Assembly (NCBI GenBank): GCA_964016885.1
Contig: OZ024743.1
Location: forward strand, 190,278,001-190,342,000
From: Eledone cirrhosa
Lineage: Eukaryota
DNA length: 64,000 nucleotides
Direction: 5' to 3'
In this document: positions 12,470-24,495 of the stretch, piece by piece
Numbering within the stretch: the stretch's first letter is position 1
Layout: each line of letters opens with the position of its first letter
Position numbers and translations under genes: made by a program
The notes under the pieces: model-generated
Seen by the model: only the letters and a program-made list of their open reading frames with translations
The model's database searches: none
Told to the model about the DNA's origin: nothing

Positions 12470-15400
12470 TAGACCAGGAATCATTCGCAAATATTGTTCT
12501 GTTCCTTTCTTGATCATTCCCAGTCCTCCCACAATCTTTATATTTTCGTAGCTTGTCAAATTCTTTTGCCGCGATATTGTGATCACATGGGATGCTCATA
12601 TCTATCAATAATCAGACCTTGTTATGTTGATCTTTTACAATTATGTCAGGTCTATTTGCTTTTATGTTCCTGTCAGTATGTACAGGAAAGTCCCAGAGAA
12701 TTGTTACTTTTTCTCCTTCAGTTACAGCCTCAGGGTGATGATTGTACCACTTGTCTTCAGCTTCGATTTTGTAATGCCGACATATTACCCAGTGTTGATA
12801 TTAGCCAACTCTGTCATGTCTATATTTGTATTCTACTGGTGTGACTTTACATCCAGAGACTAAGTGATCCATTGTTTCAACCCCAGCATTGCAGAATCGG
12901 CACTTTGGGTTTATTCCTTTTCTCATCACATTGGCCTGGTAATTACGAGTCAATAAGGTTTGATCTTGGACAGCTAAGATGAATCCTTCACTCTCCGCCT
13001 TTAGCCCTGAACTACGTAGCCACTGATGGGTGTGCTTTTGGTCAACATCAGCCTGTTTGCTACGGGCCACATATTTGCCATGCAGAGGTTTCTGCTCCCA
13101 CTTTGATGCTAATTGTCCTTGCCCTTTTGCTTTTGCCAGTGATTTTATGTGCCTAGCAGCATCAGTTGCAACAGTTTCTTTAGTCTGTCCAGCCTGGGTA
13201 TCAAGCATGAGATCAGAAGCATATAATTTTCTCCCCTTCAAGATAGAATGAAGCTTCTTACTTCTCTCATGCTTATCAACACGCTTCAGCATACGGTTGT
13301 TAGTTGTTTCAAGGTATTTGGCCAGTCCAATGATGGTGGTCTTGTAAGCAAGTTCAAATTGGATCAGGCCACGGCCGCCTTGAGTTCTAGGAAGGTAAAG
13401 ACGATCCACATCTGCTTTTGGGTGGTGCATCCTATTACAGGTCACTAGCTTACGGATTGTGGTGTCGATTCTTTTGATTTTACTCATATTCCAGTTCAAC
13501 ACACCGAAGCTATAAGTAACAACTGGGACTGCCAAGGAATTTATAGCTAGCACCTTGTTACGAGCGTTCAGTTCTGATCTCAGAACTGCACGTACTCTCC
13601 TGTAACATTCTTTCCTTATCCTCTCTCTTTCATACTTGCATGCTGTGTGCCAGAGCCCTCATTAATCCCTAAGTAGTTATAGGTTTGTTCCTGCTCAAGT
13701 TACTTTATGATTGTTTCAGCATCCAATTCAACTGAGTCTGAGTTGACAAGCTTCCCCCTCTTGAAAGTGGCTTTAGCACACTTGTCAAGTCCAAACTCCA
13801 TCCTGATGTCATCGCTAAACGTTTTTACTGTCCGCAAAAGGCCTTCCAGTACGTCATTATCTTTGCAATATAGGCAGTGGATTGGCAGTATCGGTAGAGG
13901 GTCGGGTGCTATGCTTTGACACATAGAGTTACGGCCCTTGCCAATCTGAGTTCAAATCCCACCGAGGTTAACTTTGCCTTTCATCCTTACTGGGTCGGTA
14001 ATGCACTGGGGTAATTGCTGGCCTTGTGCCCCAAGGTAGAAACAATTATCTTTGCAATATAGCTTCAAATCATCCATATAAAATAGGTGGCTTATTTTTT
14101 TGTTGTCAATTCTATAACCGTACCCTGTTATATTAAGTTCGGATGTAAGGTGTATTAAATCTATGCAGAAAAGCAAGGGTGAAAGTGAGTCACCCTGGAA
14201 TATAACACAGTTGATGTTTATATTCCTAGAGCACAGTACCCCAGTGGAATGAGACAATTGGAGATTTGTGTTCCACAATGGCATATTGTGTTTCAGATCA
14301 CAGGTGAGATTTTGAAGATGTCCAGTGATTTCAGATTCCATGAGTGTGGTATGCTGTCAAAGGCTTTTTTATAATCGATCCATGCAGAACTGAGATTTCT
14401 GTGTTTATTATGACAGTTCTCAAGGATCATACGATTAATCAAAAGTTGATCTTTGCAACCATATGAACCTCGTCGGCACCCTTTTTGTTCAATGGGGAAA
14501 AGATTGTTCTCCTCCAAAAACACGTATGCTTTTTCCATGAGAATAGAGGTTAATAGTTTATAAGTGGTGGATAAGCATGTTATGGGCCGATCATTTTTTG
14601 GATCTTTGGTTTCGTTGTTCTTTGGTTGAAGGTAGGTAATGCCACTTGCTATCCAATCAGGTGGTATTTTTTGGATCTTTCATAATTCTATTAAACAGCT
14701 TAACCAATATATTGTGAGTACACGGGAGTGAGGAAAGCCAGAAATTTGGCACCCTGTCTCTACCAGGAGATTTCCATTTATGAGATTTACTGAGTGCTGT
14801 CCTTAAGTCCGCTATAGAGATGTCTTCCCACGCCTGTTCTTCTAAATTTGTGTAGGATTTTTCTAGGCGACTAATCCAATCTAAATTAGCATTATAGGTC
14901 TTCTCATCACTCCAAATCTTACTCCAGAAGTTTTCAACTTCTTCTATGGCTGGGGGTGGGTGGGGGGTCTTCAATAATTATTTTTTTCTTCCCTACTTCT
15001 CTATAATATGACTTAGAATTGGAAGAGAACAACTTATTTTGCCTGTAGAAGTTGTTTCGCTTCTCGAATCTACGAGTTCGTTGGGCTTTTACTTGGACTT
15101 TTTGTTTCAGAGATTCTTTTGTTGAAACTATTGCTTCTCCAGAAGACAGTCCTTATTTTATCTTTAGCTTTCTTACCTTATTGGTTCTTATATCATTTCC
15201 AGCGATTAACTCACTCAATAAAGATATTTCTCCTCTCATTACGTCAATCTCCTTTTCGATTCTACTCCTCCAAATTGGTTTAACTCGAAGTTTCGACTTT
15301 TTTTTGTTGTTTTGGTGGTAAACAACTTGTTTCAATTACTCTAGCAGATGCATAAATGATTTCATTTAACTCAGTAAGATCAGGTTCTAGTTCTTCTATG

Positions 15401-15490
15401 ATTTCTTTCGTCACAGAATTACCAACCATTATTTGTTTTCTATTTTAGATTGTATTTGGGAGTTTTTGAAGAGGTTCTGTATACTAATTT
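12470..15490 (-). mobile_element. R4/Dong-clade family B (distinct from A), 5'-truncated and decayed
   Basis: WKSPGRD, IFQGDSLSPLLF, HLFYMDDLKL, CRFC..ETMDHLVSGC, RHD, IDMSIP; clearly diverged from family A. Confidence 0.88.
13874..14044 (+). mobile_element. SINE inserted in the Dong-B RT with an 18-bp target site duplication
   Basis: ATTATCTTTGCAATATAG at 13856-13873 and 14045-14062. Confidence 0.92.
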
Positions 15491-15492
15491 CC

Positions 15493-16982
15493 TTTAACCA
15501 TCCTTGGAAACTCTTTGAGATAGTACCTAGTGCACCTATGACAATCGGGACGACTCTGACTTCTTGGCAGTTCCAAATCCTTTTTACCTCCCACTTTAAG
15601 TCCTGGTATCGGTTAATTTTCTCCTTCTCCTTTTCTTGCACTCTCGTGTCAAATGGTCAAGCTACGTCTACAATCAGGCATGATCTTTTTTTCTTGTCCA
15701 AAACCACCAGGTCAGGCCTATTGTGTTCCAGTTTCTTGTCCGTCTGTATCCTAAAATCCCATAGCAGCTTCACCTGATCGTTTTCTATCACCGACTCTGG
15801 CTTATGCTCATACCACTTCTCAGAATGCGGTAAATTGTTTACTTTGCATAGGTGCCAGTGGATCACCCTGGCCATCACATAAAGTCTCCAGCCTTTATAG
15901 TGAGTCTGGGCTAGTAGTTTACACTCGGATACAATGTGAGCCACAGTCTCCTCTCTCTCTCCGCAGATCCTACACAATGGGCTAGCCTCCTCCATGTAAA
16001 TATGGTGTTGCACCCACTTCGTTTTGAGGGCCTGCTCTTGCGCAGCCATTAACATTCCTTCTGTAGCCTTTTTAAGGTCTCCTCTTTTTAACCACTTCCA
16101 TGTCTGTGGATCTCTGAATTCAGTTTTCTCAAAGAAGGTACTATGAAGGGATTTTTTATGAAGGTTGCTCTTTCTCCTCGTTGTTATTTCCTCCTTGGAC
16201 ATCCCCTGGTCTATTGTCCTCTCCTTCAGTACAGTTCTGAGCATTGGATCCCTACTGTCAGTCACGTATATGTGCAGGTTAATTTTCTCCATCTGAACAG
16301 AGTCCTCTATGCTGATAAGACATCTTCCACCTTCAGATCTCTTTAAGTAGAGTCTATCGACATCACTCCTCTTGTGGAACATGTTGTAGATAGTCAATAG
16401 CTTCCTAGTCTTCCTATCCATTTCTTTTTGTTCAGCAACATTCCATTTCAGAATTCCCGCACTGTTCCTAATAATAGACACAGCTCGGGAGTTCACTGCA
16501 CTTATGACATTCCTGCTATTTAGATGTGATTTTAATACGCTCCTTACTCACCTAATGTACCCAGATCTGATCAATTCCTTCATTTTGTTTGTTCTTGATG
16601 TCATCTGCCTCCAGAACACCTAAATATCTGTATCTTTCTTCAGTGTCAATGTCATTTATCATCTCACCTGTTGGTACCTGGATTCCGTCGCTTCTTGGTA
16701 CCTGGATTCCGTTGCTTCTGTCAACAAGTACTTCCAGCTCCTTCTCACTCTTGACAAACAACAGAGAGGACAAACTATCTCCCTGGAAGATAAATCTCTT
16801 GATCTTCACGCATTCCAAGGATTCTCCACCCGATGTTAACTCTGTTTCCCAGGACGTCATACTCTTGCTCAACAACTGTCTGATGTTATCTGCGACCTTG
16901 AAGATCTCTAGGCTTTTGGTTATCCAAGAATGAGGTACCATGTTGAATGCCTTTTTGTAATCTATCCATCCCATGGCAAGAC
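15493..16982 (-). mobile_element. Deleted Dong-A derivative, array unit U1 (3' end lost at the Dong-B junction)
   Basis: Starts at GLAMGWIDY; the RT active-site region is deleted; 24-bp internal duplication. Confidence 0.9.
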
Positions 16983-17019
16983 GATTATTATTATTATTAT
17001 CATGATTATTATTATTATT

Positions 17020-18674
17020 CTTTGAGTCTCAGTCATTGATGTTAGTTAACTTGAAAGTTTGTTGAAATGAATAACAAGCCACTACCTGCAGCCTCAGATA
17101 TTCAGGACGTATCGGAGGGTTCTTGCTGTTCCCAGCAAGCATGCCTTTAGAAGAGTTCCAAAAAGCGTGAAGGGGCCAATTTTCTTTAACCATCCCTGGA
17201 AACCTTTTGAGATAGTACCTAGTGCGCCTATGACCATCGGCACCACTTTGACTTCATGGCAGTTCCAATTCCTTTTTACCTCCCTTTTAAGTCCTGGTAT
17301 CGGTTAATTTTCTCCCTCTCCTTCTCTTTCACTCTCGTGCCGAATGGGCAGGCCACATCCACAATCAGGCACGATCTTCTTTCTTTGTCCACAACCACCA
17401 GGTCAGGTATATTGTGTTCCAGTTTCTTGGTCGTCTTTATCCTAAAATCCCACAGCACCTTCACCTGATCGATTTCTATCACCGACTCTGGCTTATGCTC
17501 ATACCAGTTCTCAGAATGCGGTAAATTGTTTACTTTGCCTAGGTGCCAGTGGATTACCCTGGCCATCACATAAAGTCTCCAGCCTTTATAGTGAGTCTGG
17601 GCTAGTAGTTTACACTCGGATACAATGTGAGCCACAGTTTCCTCTCTCCCTCCGCAGATCCTACACAATGGGCTAGCCTCCTCCATGTAAATATGGTGTT
17701 GCACCCACTTCGTTTTGAGGGCCTGCTCTTGCGCAGCCATTAACATTCCTTCTGTATCCTTTTTAAGGTCTCCACTTTTTAACCACTTCCATGTCTGTGG
17801 ATCTCTGAATTCAGTTTTCTCAAAGAAGGTACTATGAAGGGATTTTTTTATGAAGATTGCTCTTTCTCCTCGCTGTTATTTCCTCCTTGGACATCCCCTG
17901 GTCTATTGTCCTCTCCTTCAGTACAGTTCTGAGCATTGGATCCCTACTGTCAGTCACGTATATGTGCAGGTTAATTTTCTCCATCTGAACAGAGTCCTCT
18001 ATGCTGATAAGACATCTTCCACCTTCAGATCTCTTTAAGTAGAGTCTATCGACATCACTCCTCTTGTGGAACATGTTGTAGATAGTCAATAGCTTCCTAG
18101 TCTTCCTATCCATTTCTTTTTGTTCAGCAACATTCCATTTCAGAATTCCCGCACTGTTCCTAATAATAGACACAGCTCGGGAGTTCACTGCACTTATGAC
18201 ATTCCTGCTATTTAGATGTGATTTTAATACGCTCCTTACTCACCTAATGTACCCAGATCTGATCAATTCCTTCATTTTGTTTGTTCTTGATGTCATCTGC
18301 CTCCAGAACACCTAAATATCTGTATCTTTCTTCAGTGTCAATGTCATTTATCATCTCACCTGTTGGTACCTGGATTCCGTCGCTTCTTGGTACCTGGATT
18401 CCGTTGCTTCTGTCAACAAGTACTTCCAGCTCCTTCTCACTCTTGACAAACAACAGAGAGGACAAACTATCTCCCTGGAAGATAAATCTCTTGATCTTCA
18501 CGCATTCCAAGGATTCTCCACCCGATGTTAACTCTGTTTCCCAGGACGTCATACTCTTGCTCAACAACTGTCTGATGTTATCTGCGACCTTGAAGATCTC
18601 TAGGCTTTTGGTTATCCAAGAATGAGGTACCATGTTGAATGCCTTTTTGTAATCTATCCATCCCATGGCAAGAC
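17020..18674 (-). mobile_element. Deleted Dong-A derivative, array unit U2 (U3/U1 chimera)
   Basis: ORF 18244-18666 is identical to 16552-16974; ORF 17276-17746 is identical to 18968-19438; period 1692 bp. Confidence 0.9.
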
Positions 18675-18711
18675 GATTATTATTATTATTATCATGATTA
18701 TTATTATTATT

Positions 18712-20268
18712 CTTTGAGTCTCAGTCATTGATGTTAGTTAACTTGAAAGTTTGTTGAAATGAATAACAAGCCACTACCTGCAGCCTCAGATATTCAGGAC
18801 GTATCGGAGGGTTCTTGCTGTTCCCAGCAAGCATGCCTTTAGAAGAGTTCCAAAAAGCGTGAAGGGGCCAATTTTCTTTAACCATCCCTGGAAACCTTTT
18901 GAGATAGTACCTAGTGCGCCTATGACCATCGGCACCACTTTGACTTCATGGCAGTTCCAATTCCTTTTTACCTCCCTTTTAAGTCCTGGTATCGGTTAAT
19001 TTTCTCCCTCTCCTTCTCTTTCACTCTCGTGCCGAATGGGCAGGCCACATCCACAATCAGGCACGATCTTCTTTCTTTGTCCACAACCACCAGGTCAGGT
19101 ATATTGTGTTCCAGTTTCTTGGTCGTCTTTATCCTAAAATCCCACAGCACCTTCACCTGATCGATTTCTATCACCGACTCTGGCTTATGCTCATACCAGT
19201 TCTCAGAATGCGGTAAATTGTTTACTTTGCCTAGGTGCCAGTGGATTACCCTGGCCATCACATAAAGTCTCCAGCCTTTATAGTGAGTCTGGGCTAGTAG
19301 TTTACACTCGGATACAATGTGAGCCACAGTTTCCTCTCTCCCTCCGCAGATCCTACACAATGGGCTAGCCTCCTCCATGTAAATATGGTGTTGCACCCAC
19401 TTCGTTTTGAGGGCCTGCTCTTGCGCAGCCATTAACATTCCTTCTGTATCCTTTTTAAGGTCTCCACTTTTTAACCACTTCCATGTCTGTGGATCTCTGA
19501 ATTCAGTTTTCTCAAAGAAGGTACTATGAAGGGATTTTTTTATGAAGATTGCTCTTTCTCCTCGCTGTTATTTCCTCCTTGGACATCCCCTGGTCTATTG
19601 TCCTCTCCTTCAGTACAGTTCTGAGCATTGGATCCCTACTGTCAGTCACGTATTTGTGCAGGTTATTTTTGTCCATCTGAACAGAGTCCTCTATGCTGAT
19701 AAGACATCTTCCACCTTCAGATCTCCTTAAGTAGAGACTATCGACATCACTCCTCTTGTGGAACATGTTGTAGATAGTCAATAGCTTCCTAGTCTTCCTA
19801 TCCATTTCTTTTTGTTCAGCAACATTCCATTTCAGAATTCCCGCACTGTTCCTAATAATAGACACAGCTCGGGAGTTCACTGCACTTATGACATTCCTGC
19901 TATTTAGATGTGATTTTAATACGCTCCTTACTCACCTAATGTACCCAGATCTGATCAATTCCTTCATTTTTTTTGTTCTTGATGATCCGCCTCCAGAACA
20001 CCTAAATATTTGTATCTTTCTTCAGTGTCAATTTCATTTATCATCTCACCTGTTGGTACCTGGATTCCGTCGCTTCTTGGTACCTGGATTCCGTTGCTTC
20101 TGTCAACACGTACTTCCAGCTCCTTCTCACTCTTCCCAAAGAGATTAAGATCGTCCATGAAGAGGAGGTGATTGATGGTAAGCTCTCCTTTTCCCAACTT
20201 GTATCCTGCGGTACCATGAGGTACCATGTCGAATGCCTTTTTGTAATCTATCCATCCCATGGCAAGAC

Positions 20269-20270
<2 letters not shown>
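18712..20270 (-). mobile_element. Deleted Dong-A derivative, array unit U3
   Basis: Same 5' end and 24-bp duplication as U1, but a different internal deletion. Confidence 0.9.
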
Positions 20271-20325
<55 letters not shown>

Positions 20326-20327
<2 letters not shown>

Positions 20328-22197
20328 GAGTCTCAATCATTGATGTTAGTTAACTTGAAAGTTTGTTTAAATGAATATGAAGCCACTACCTGCAGCCTCA
20401 GATATTCAGGACGTATCGGAGGGTTCTTGCTGTTCCCAGCAAGCATGCCTTTAGAAGAGTTCCAAAAAGCGTGAAGGGGCCAATTTTCTTTAACCATCCC
20501 TGGAAACTTTTTGAGATAGTACCTAGTGCGCCTATGACTTCATGGCAGTTCCAAATCCTTTTTACCTCCCACTTTAAGTCCTGGTATCGGTTAATTTTCT
20601 CCCTCTCCTTCTCTTGCACTCTCGTGTCGAATGGGCAGGCCACATCCACAATCAGGCACGATCTTTTTTCTTTGTCCAAAACCACCAGGTCAGGTCTATT
20701 GTGTTCCAGTTTCTTGTCCGTCTGTATCCTAAAATCCCACAGCACCTTCACCTGATCGTTTTCTATCACCGACTCTGGCTTATGCTCATACCACTTCTCA
20801 GAATGTGATAAATTGTTTACTTTGCATAGGTGCCAGTGGATCACCCTGCCCATCACATCATGTCTGCAGCCCTTATAGTGAGTCTGGGCTAGTTGTTTAC
20901 ACTCAGATACAATGTGAGCCATAGTCTCCCCTCTCTCTCTCCACAGATCCTGCACAGTGGCCTAGCCTCCTCCTTGTAAATGTGGTGTTTCAACCACTTC
21001 GCTTTGAGGGCCTGCTCCTGCGCAGCCATTAACATTCCTTCTGTAGCCTTTTTAAGGTCTCTTCTTTTCAACCAGTTCCATATCTGCGGATCTCTAAATT
21101 CAGTTTTCTCAAAGAAGGTACTATGAAGGGATTTTTCCTGAAGGCTGCTCTTTCTCCTTGATGTTATTTCCTCCTTGGACATCCCCTGGCTTATTGTCCC
21201 CTCCTTCAGTACAGTTCTGAGCATTGGCTCCTTACTATCAGTCACGTATTTGTGTAGGTTATTTTTCTCCATCTGAACACATTTCTCTGTGCTGATAAGG
21301 CCTCTTACACCCTCAGATCTCCTTAAGTAGAGTCTATCGACATCACTCCTCTTGTGGAACATATTGTAGATAGTCAATAGCTCCCTAGTCTTCCTATCCA
21401 TTTCTTTTTGTTCAGCAACATTCCATCTCAGAATTCCCGCACTGTACCTAATAATAGACACAGCTCAGGAGTTTACTGCACTTATGGCATTCCTACTGTT
21501 CAGATGTGACTTTAATACGCTCCTTACTCTCCGAAGGTATTCAGTTCTTATCAATTTCTTCATTTTTTTGTTCTTGATATCATCAGCCTCCAGAACGCCC
21601 AAATACTTGTATCCTTCCTCAGAGTCAATTTCTTTTATCATCTCATTTGTCGGTATCTGGATTCCGTTACTTCTGCTCAACTTACCCCTCCTCATCACAA
21701 TGACTCCACACTTACTAATACCAAATTGCATACATATATCATTGCTGAAAATACGGACAGTGTCAACAAGCACATCCATCTCATTCTCACTCTTCCCGAA
21801 GAGCTTAAGATCGTCCATGAAGAGGAGGTGATTGATGGTAAGCCCTCCCTTTCCCAACCTGTATCCTGCTCTCACTTTTCGCAGTACACTGGTCAGGGGC
21901 ATCAGGGCAAGGACAAACAACAGAGGGGACAGACTATCTCCCTGGAAGATACCTCTCTTGATCTTCACGCTTCCCAAGGATTCTCCAGTTGATGTTAACT
22001 CTGTTTCCCAGGACTTCATACTTTTGCCCAACAACTATCTAATGTTATCTGCCACCTTGAAGATCTCCAGGCTTTTGGTGATCCAAGAATGAGGCACCAT
22101 GTCAAATGCCTTTTTGTACTCTATACATCCCATGGCAAGACCAGTGTGTCTCCTCTTGTAATTCCTCATTACCATCTTATCAATAAATAACTGGTCC

Positions 22198-22199
<2 letters not shown>
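20326..22199 (-). mobile_element. 5'-truncated Dong-A copy U4 flanked by (ATT)n on both sides
   Basis: GIFQGDSLSPLLF, LLFMDDLKL, RHD, RPDLVV, VDVACP. Confidence 0.92.
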
Positions 22200-22256
<57 letters not shown>

Positions 22257-22464
22257 GGCGACCTACGTAGTAAATCGTATCATCGTGAGCTCCGCAAAGG
22301 TTTGTTATTTCCGTTTGTTAAAAATTGCCATTTATGGAAAATTTTATTGTTAACTGTTTATAAGCACACATACATTGTTTTCCGAAAAGGATACCCAAAA
22401 AGATTGGGGCCTTGTGCCCAAAATTTTAACTTTTATTATTATCCAAAAATTTCTTTGAAAAAAA

Positions 22465-24461
22465 ATGGCTAATTCCCCTCTGCACGAAGCAGCTGAAAGC
22501 CTTCCTCACAAAATAACACCTCACACCGACACCACCATTGTAAATGTTACTACATTTGCCAACACAAAAAAAAATATAAGCAGTAGCAATATTTTAAATT
22601 TGTCTCAGGCAGACATTCATTTTCCGCCATTACCAATGACTGCAGGTGTTAAAGCCTCCACCACCACCACCACCGCGACAACCACCACCCCCACCACCAC
22701 CGCGACAACAGAAACAAAAGAAGAAAAAAATAAATTAACTCGTGATGTCGAAATGAAATTAAGCAAAATGGACTCTTCCGCACCAAAGACGACTGACGCC
22801 ACCACCACCACAACTGAAACTAAAATTAATATTAACACAAATAACGATAGCAACAACAACAACAATGACATTATAAAACCGACCCTCAGTTTCGCCATCG
22901 TAGTAAAACTATTCGAAGCGTTCACGGTAACTCAAGAGGATTTAGAAAATGCCAAACAAATGGTAAAGAAAGATGGGTACAGGGTCAGCCTCACCCCCCC
23001 CCCCCACCTAATAAAATGGAGCATCGGCGCCTATGCACCGTGTCGTATAGAACAATAAATGTAAAATCGCGCCGAGTGGAACGGGCATCCGAGTCCCAAA
23101 TCCAAAAAGCTTTGGGACATGTGTGGGCAAGAAAAACTCACATCAGACGTGGGAAAAAGTATGGAACCGTGGATGTGTTCTTTGAAACACCAGAGGAGGC
23201 TAGAGAACACTCCATGGCCCCATTAAAAAGTGACGACTTCACACTCGTCCCAAGCTATTGTGGCCAGAGACTCGTAAAGATCAGGGTGACCCACGTTCCA
23301 CCGGTCATCGAAATTCCCTGGCTAATAGCGGCTGTCCTCGCCGGCATCGAAGCCAACACGAAAATAATAGCAATAGCAAAAGAAAAGCAGGAAAACTGGT
23401 CCGGATCTGGGATGGAGCTCCTGATCCAAGCGGACCAAAAAAGCATTGAGGAGATCCCAGAGGTAATAGACCTCACTGACGGCAGCCACCTCACGGTAAT
23501 TGTCGAGGGCAGAAGACCTAGGTGTGTCGTTTGTGGTGAAGGAACCCACCTAAGGGCTTTCTGCCCTCAGGCTAAAAGGTTGAGGCCACCTCTCCTACCC
23601 ACCCCAGTGACACAACCATCAACACCACCAGTAGCAGAGATGGCAGCAACAACTGTAGCAGCAACAACAGAAGCAACTATAACAGCAACAACCCCAGCAA
23701 CAGTAGCAAAACCAACACCACTACCACCACCAGCAAAACCAACACCACCACCACCCAAGGCTTCAGAACTAGCACCAGCGCCTACACCATCCACCACACC
23801 ACAACCAAAACTAACAGCTGTGGAGGATTTTCTACTCCCCGGCCTATCACAACTGGAGACAGATTGTGACGACGAGGAGTGGGAAACGATATCCGGAAAA
23901 AAAAAGAAACCAAAAAAGAAAAAATTCTCTTCCTTCCCCCTCCAAAAACAAAATACAGAGGGAAACAAATAAACTAAGAAACAAAAAAGTTAGGACAGAT
24001 ATGCCACCATCCACACCAGCATCACCAACCCCATCAACCCAAACACCAACACCATCACCATCATTAACTCCAACACCACCATCACCTACACCACAAAAGT
24101 CACCAAAATGCGAAATAGAAACAAACCCACAACAAACGCAAACAAAACAAAACAACCATAACGATACACACTACACAGCATTAAATTTGAACAACAAGCA
24201 ATTATTACACTACATCCAACACAACACCAGCATCACAGAAAAAGACTACACAACAACCCAAAATTCACACCACCTCCACACATACAAATCACTCGCATCA
24301 CACAGAAAACGTACATGACACTAAAACAAAAATTCCCCAAAGACATCGGAGACTTCCGACAAGCACTCTCCAGGAGGATTTATAAGGACATCCTTCCTGA
24401 GGAGGCCCCAAGCAGTGAAAAGGATGGAAAAGCCGTCCTTCCCCTACGAGAAGTAAGGTAA
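22465..24461 (+). pseudogene. Tx1 ORF1 (gag-like, zinc knuckle CVVCGEGTHLRAFC, Thr/Pro-rich linkers), split by frameshifts
   Basis: Overlapping ORFs 22465-23058, 23016-23972 and 23866-24318 plus a tail to TAA 24461; two of the shifts fall at C and A homopolymers. Confidence 0.75.
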
Positions 24462-24495
24462 GTGGTCTTTCCCATCTTTTCCACTCCTTTTCAAC

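Noticed and set aside
15493-22199. CRISPR-like or retron-like reading of the repeated RT array
   Set aside because: Units are kb-size eukaryotic R4/Dong fragments; there is no repeat-spacer structure and no cas genes
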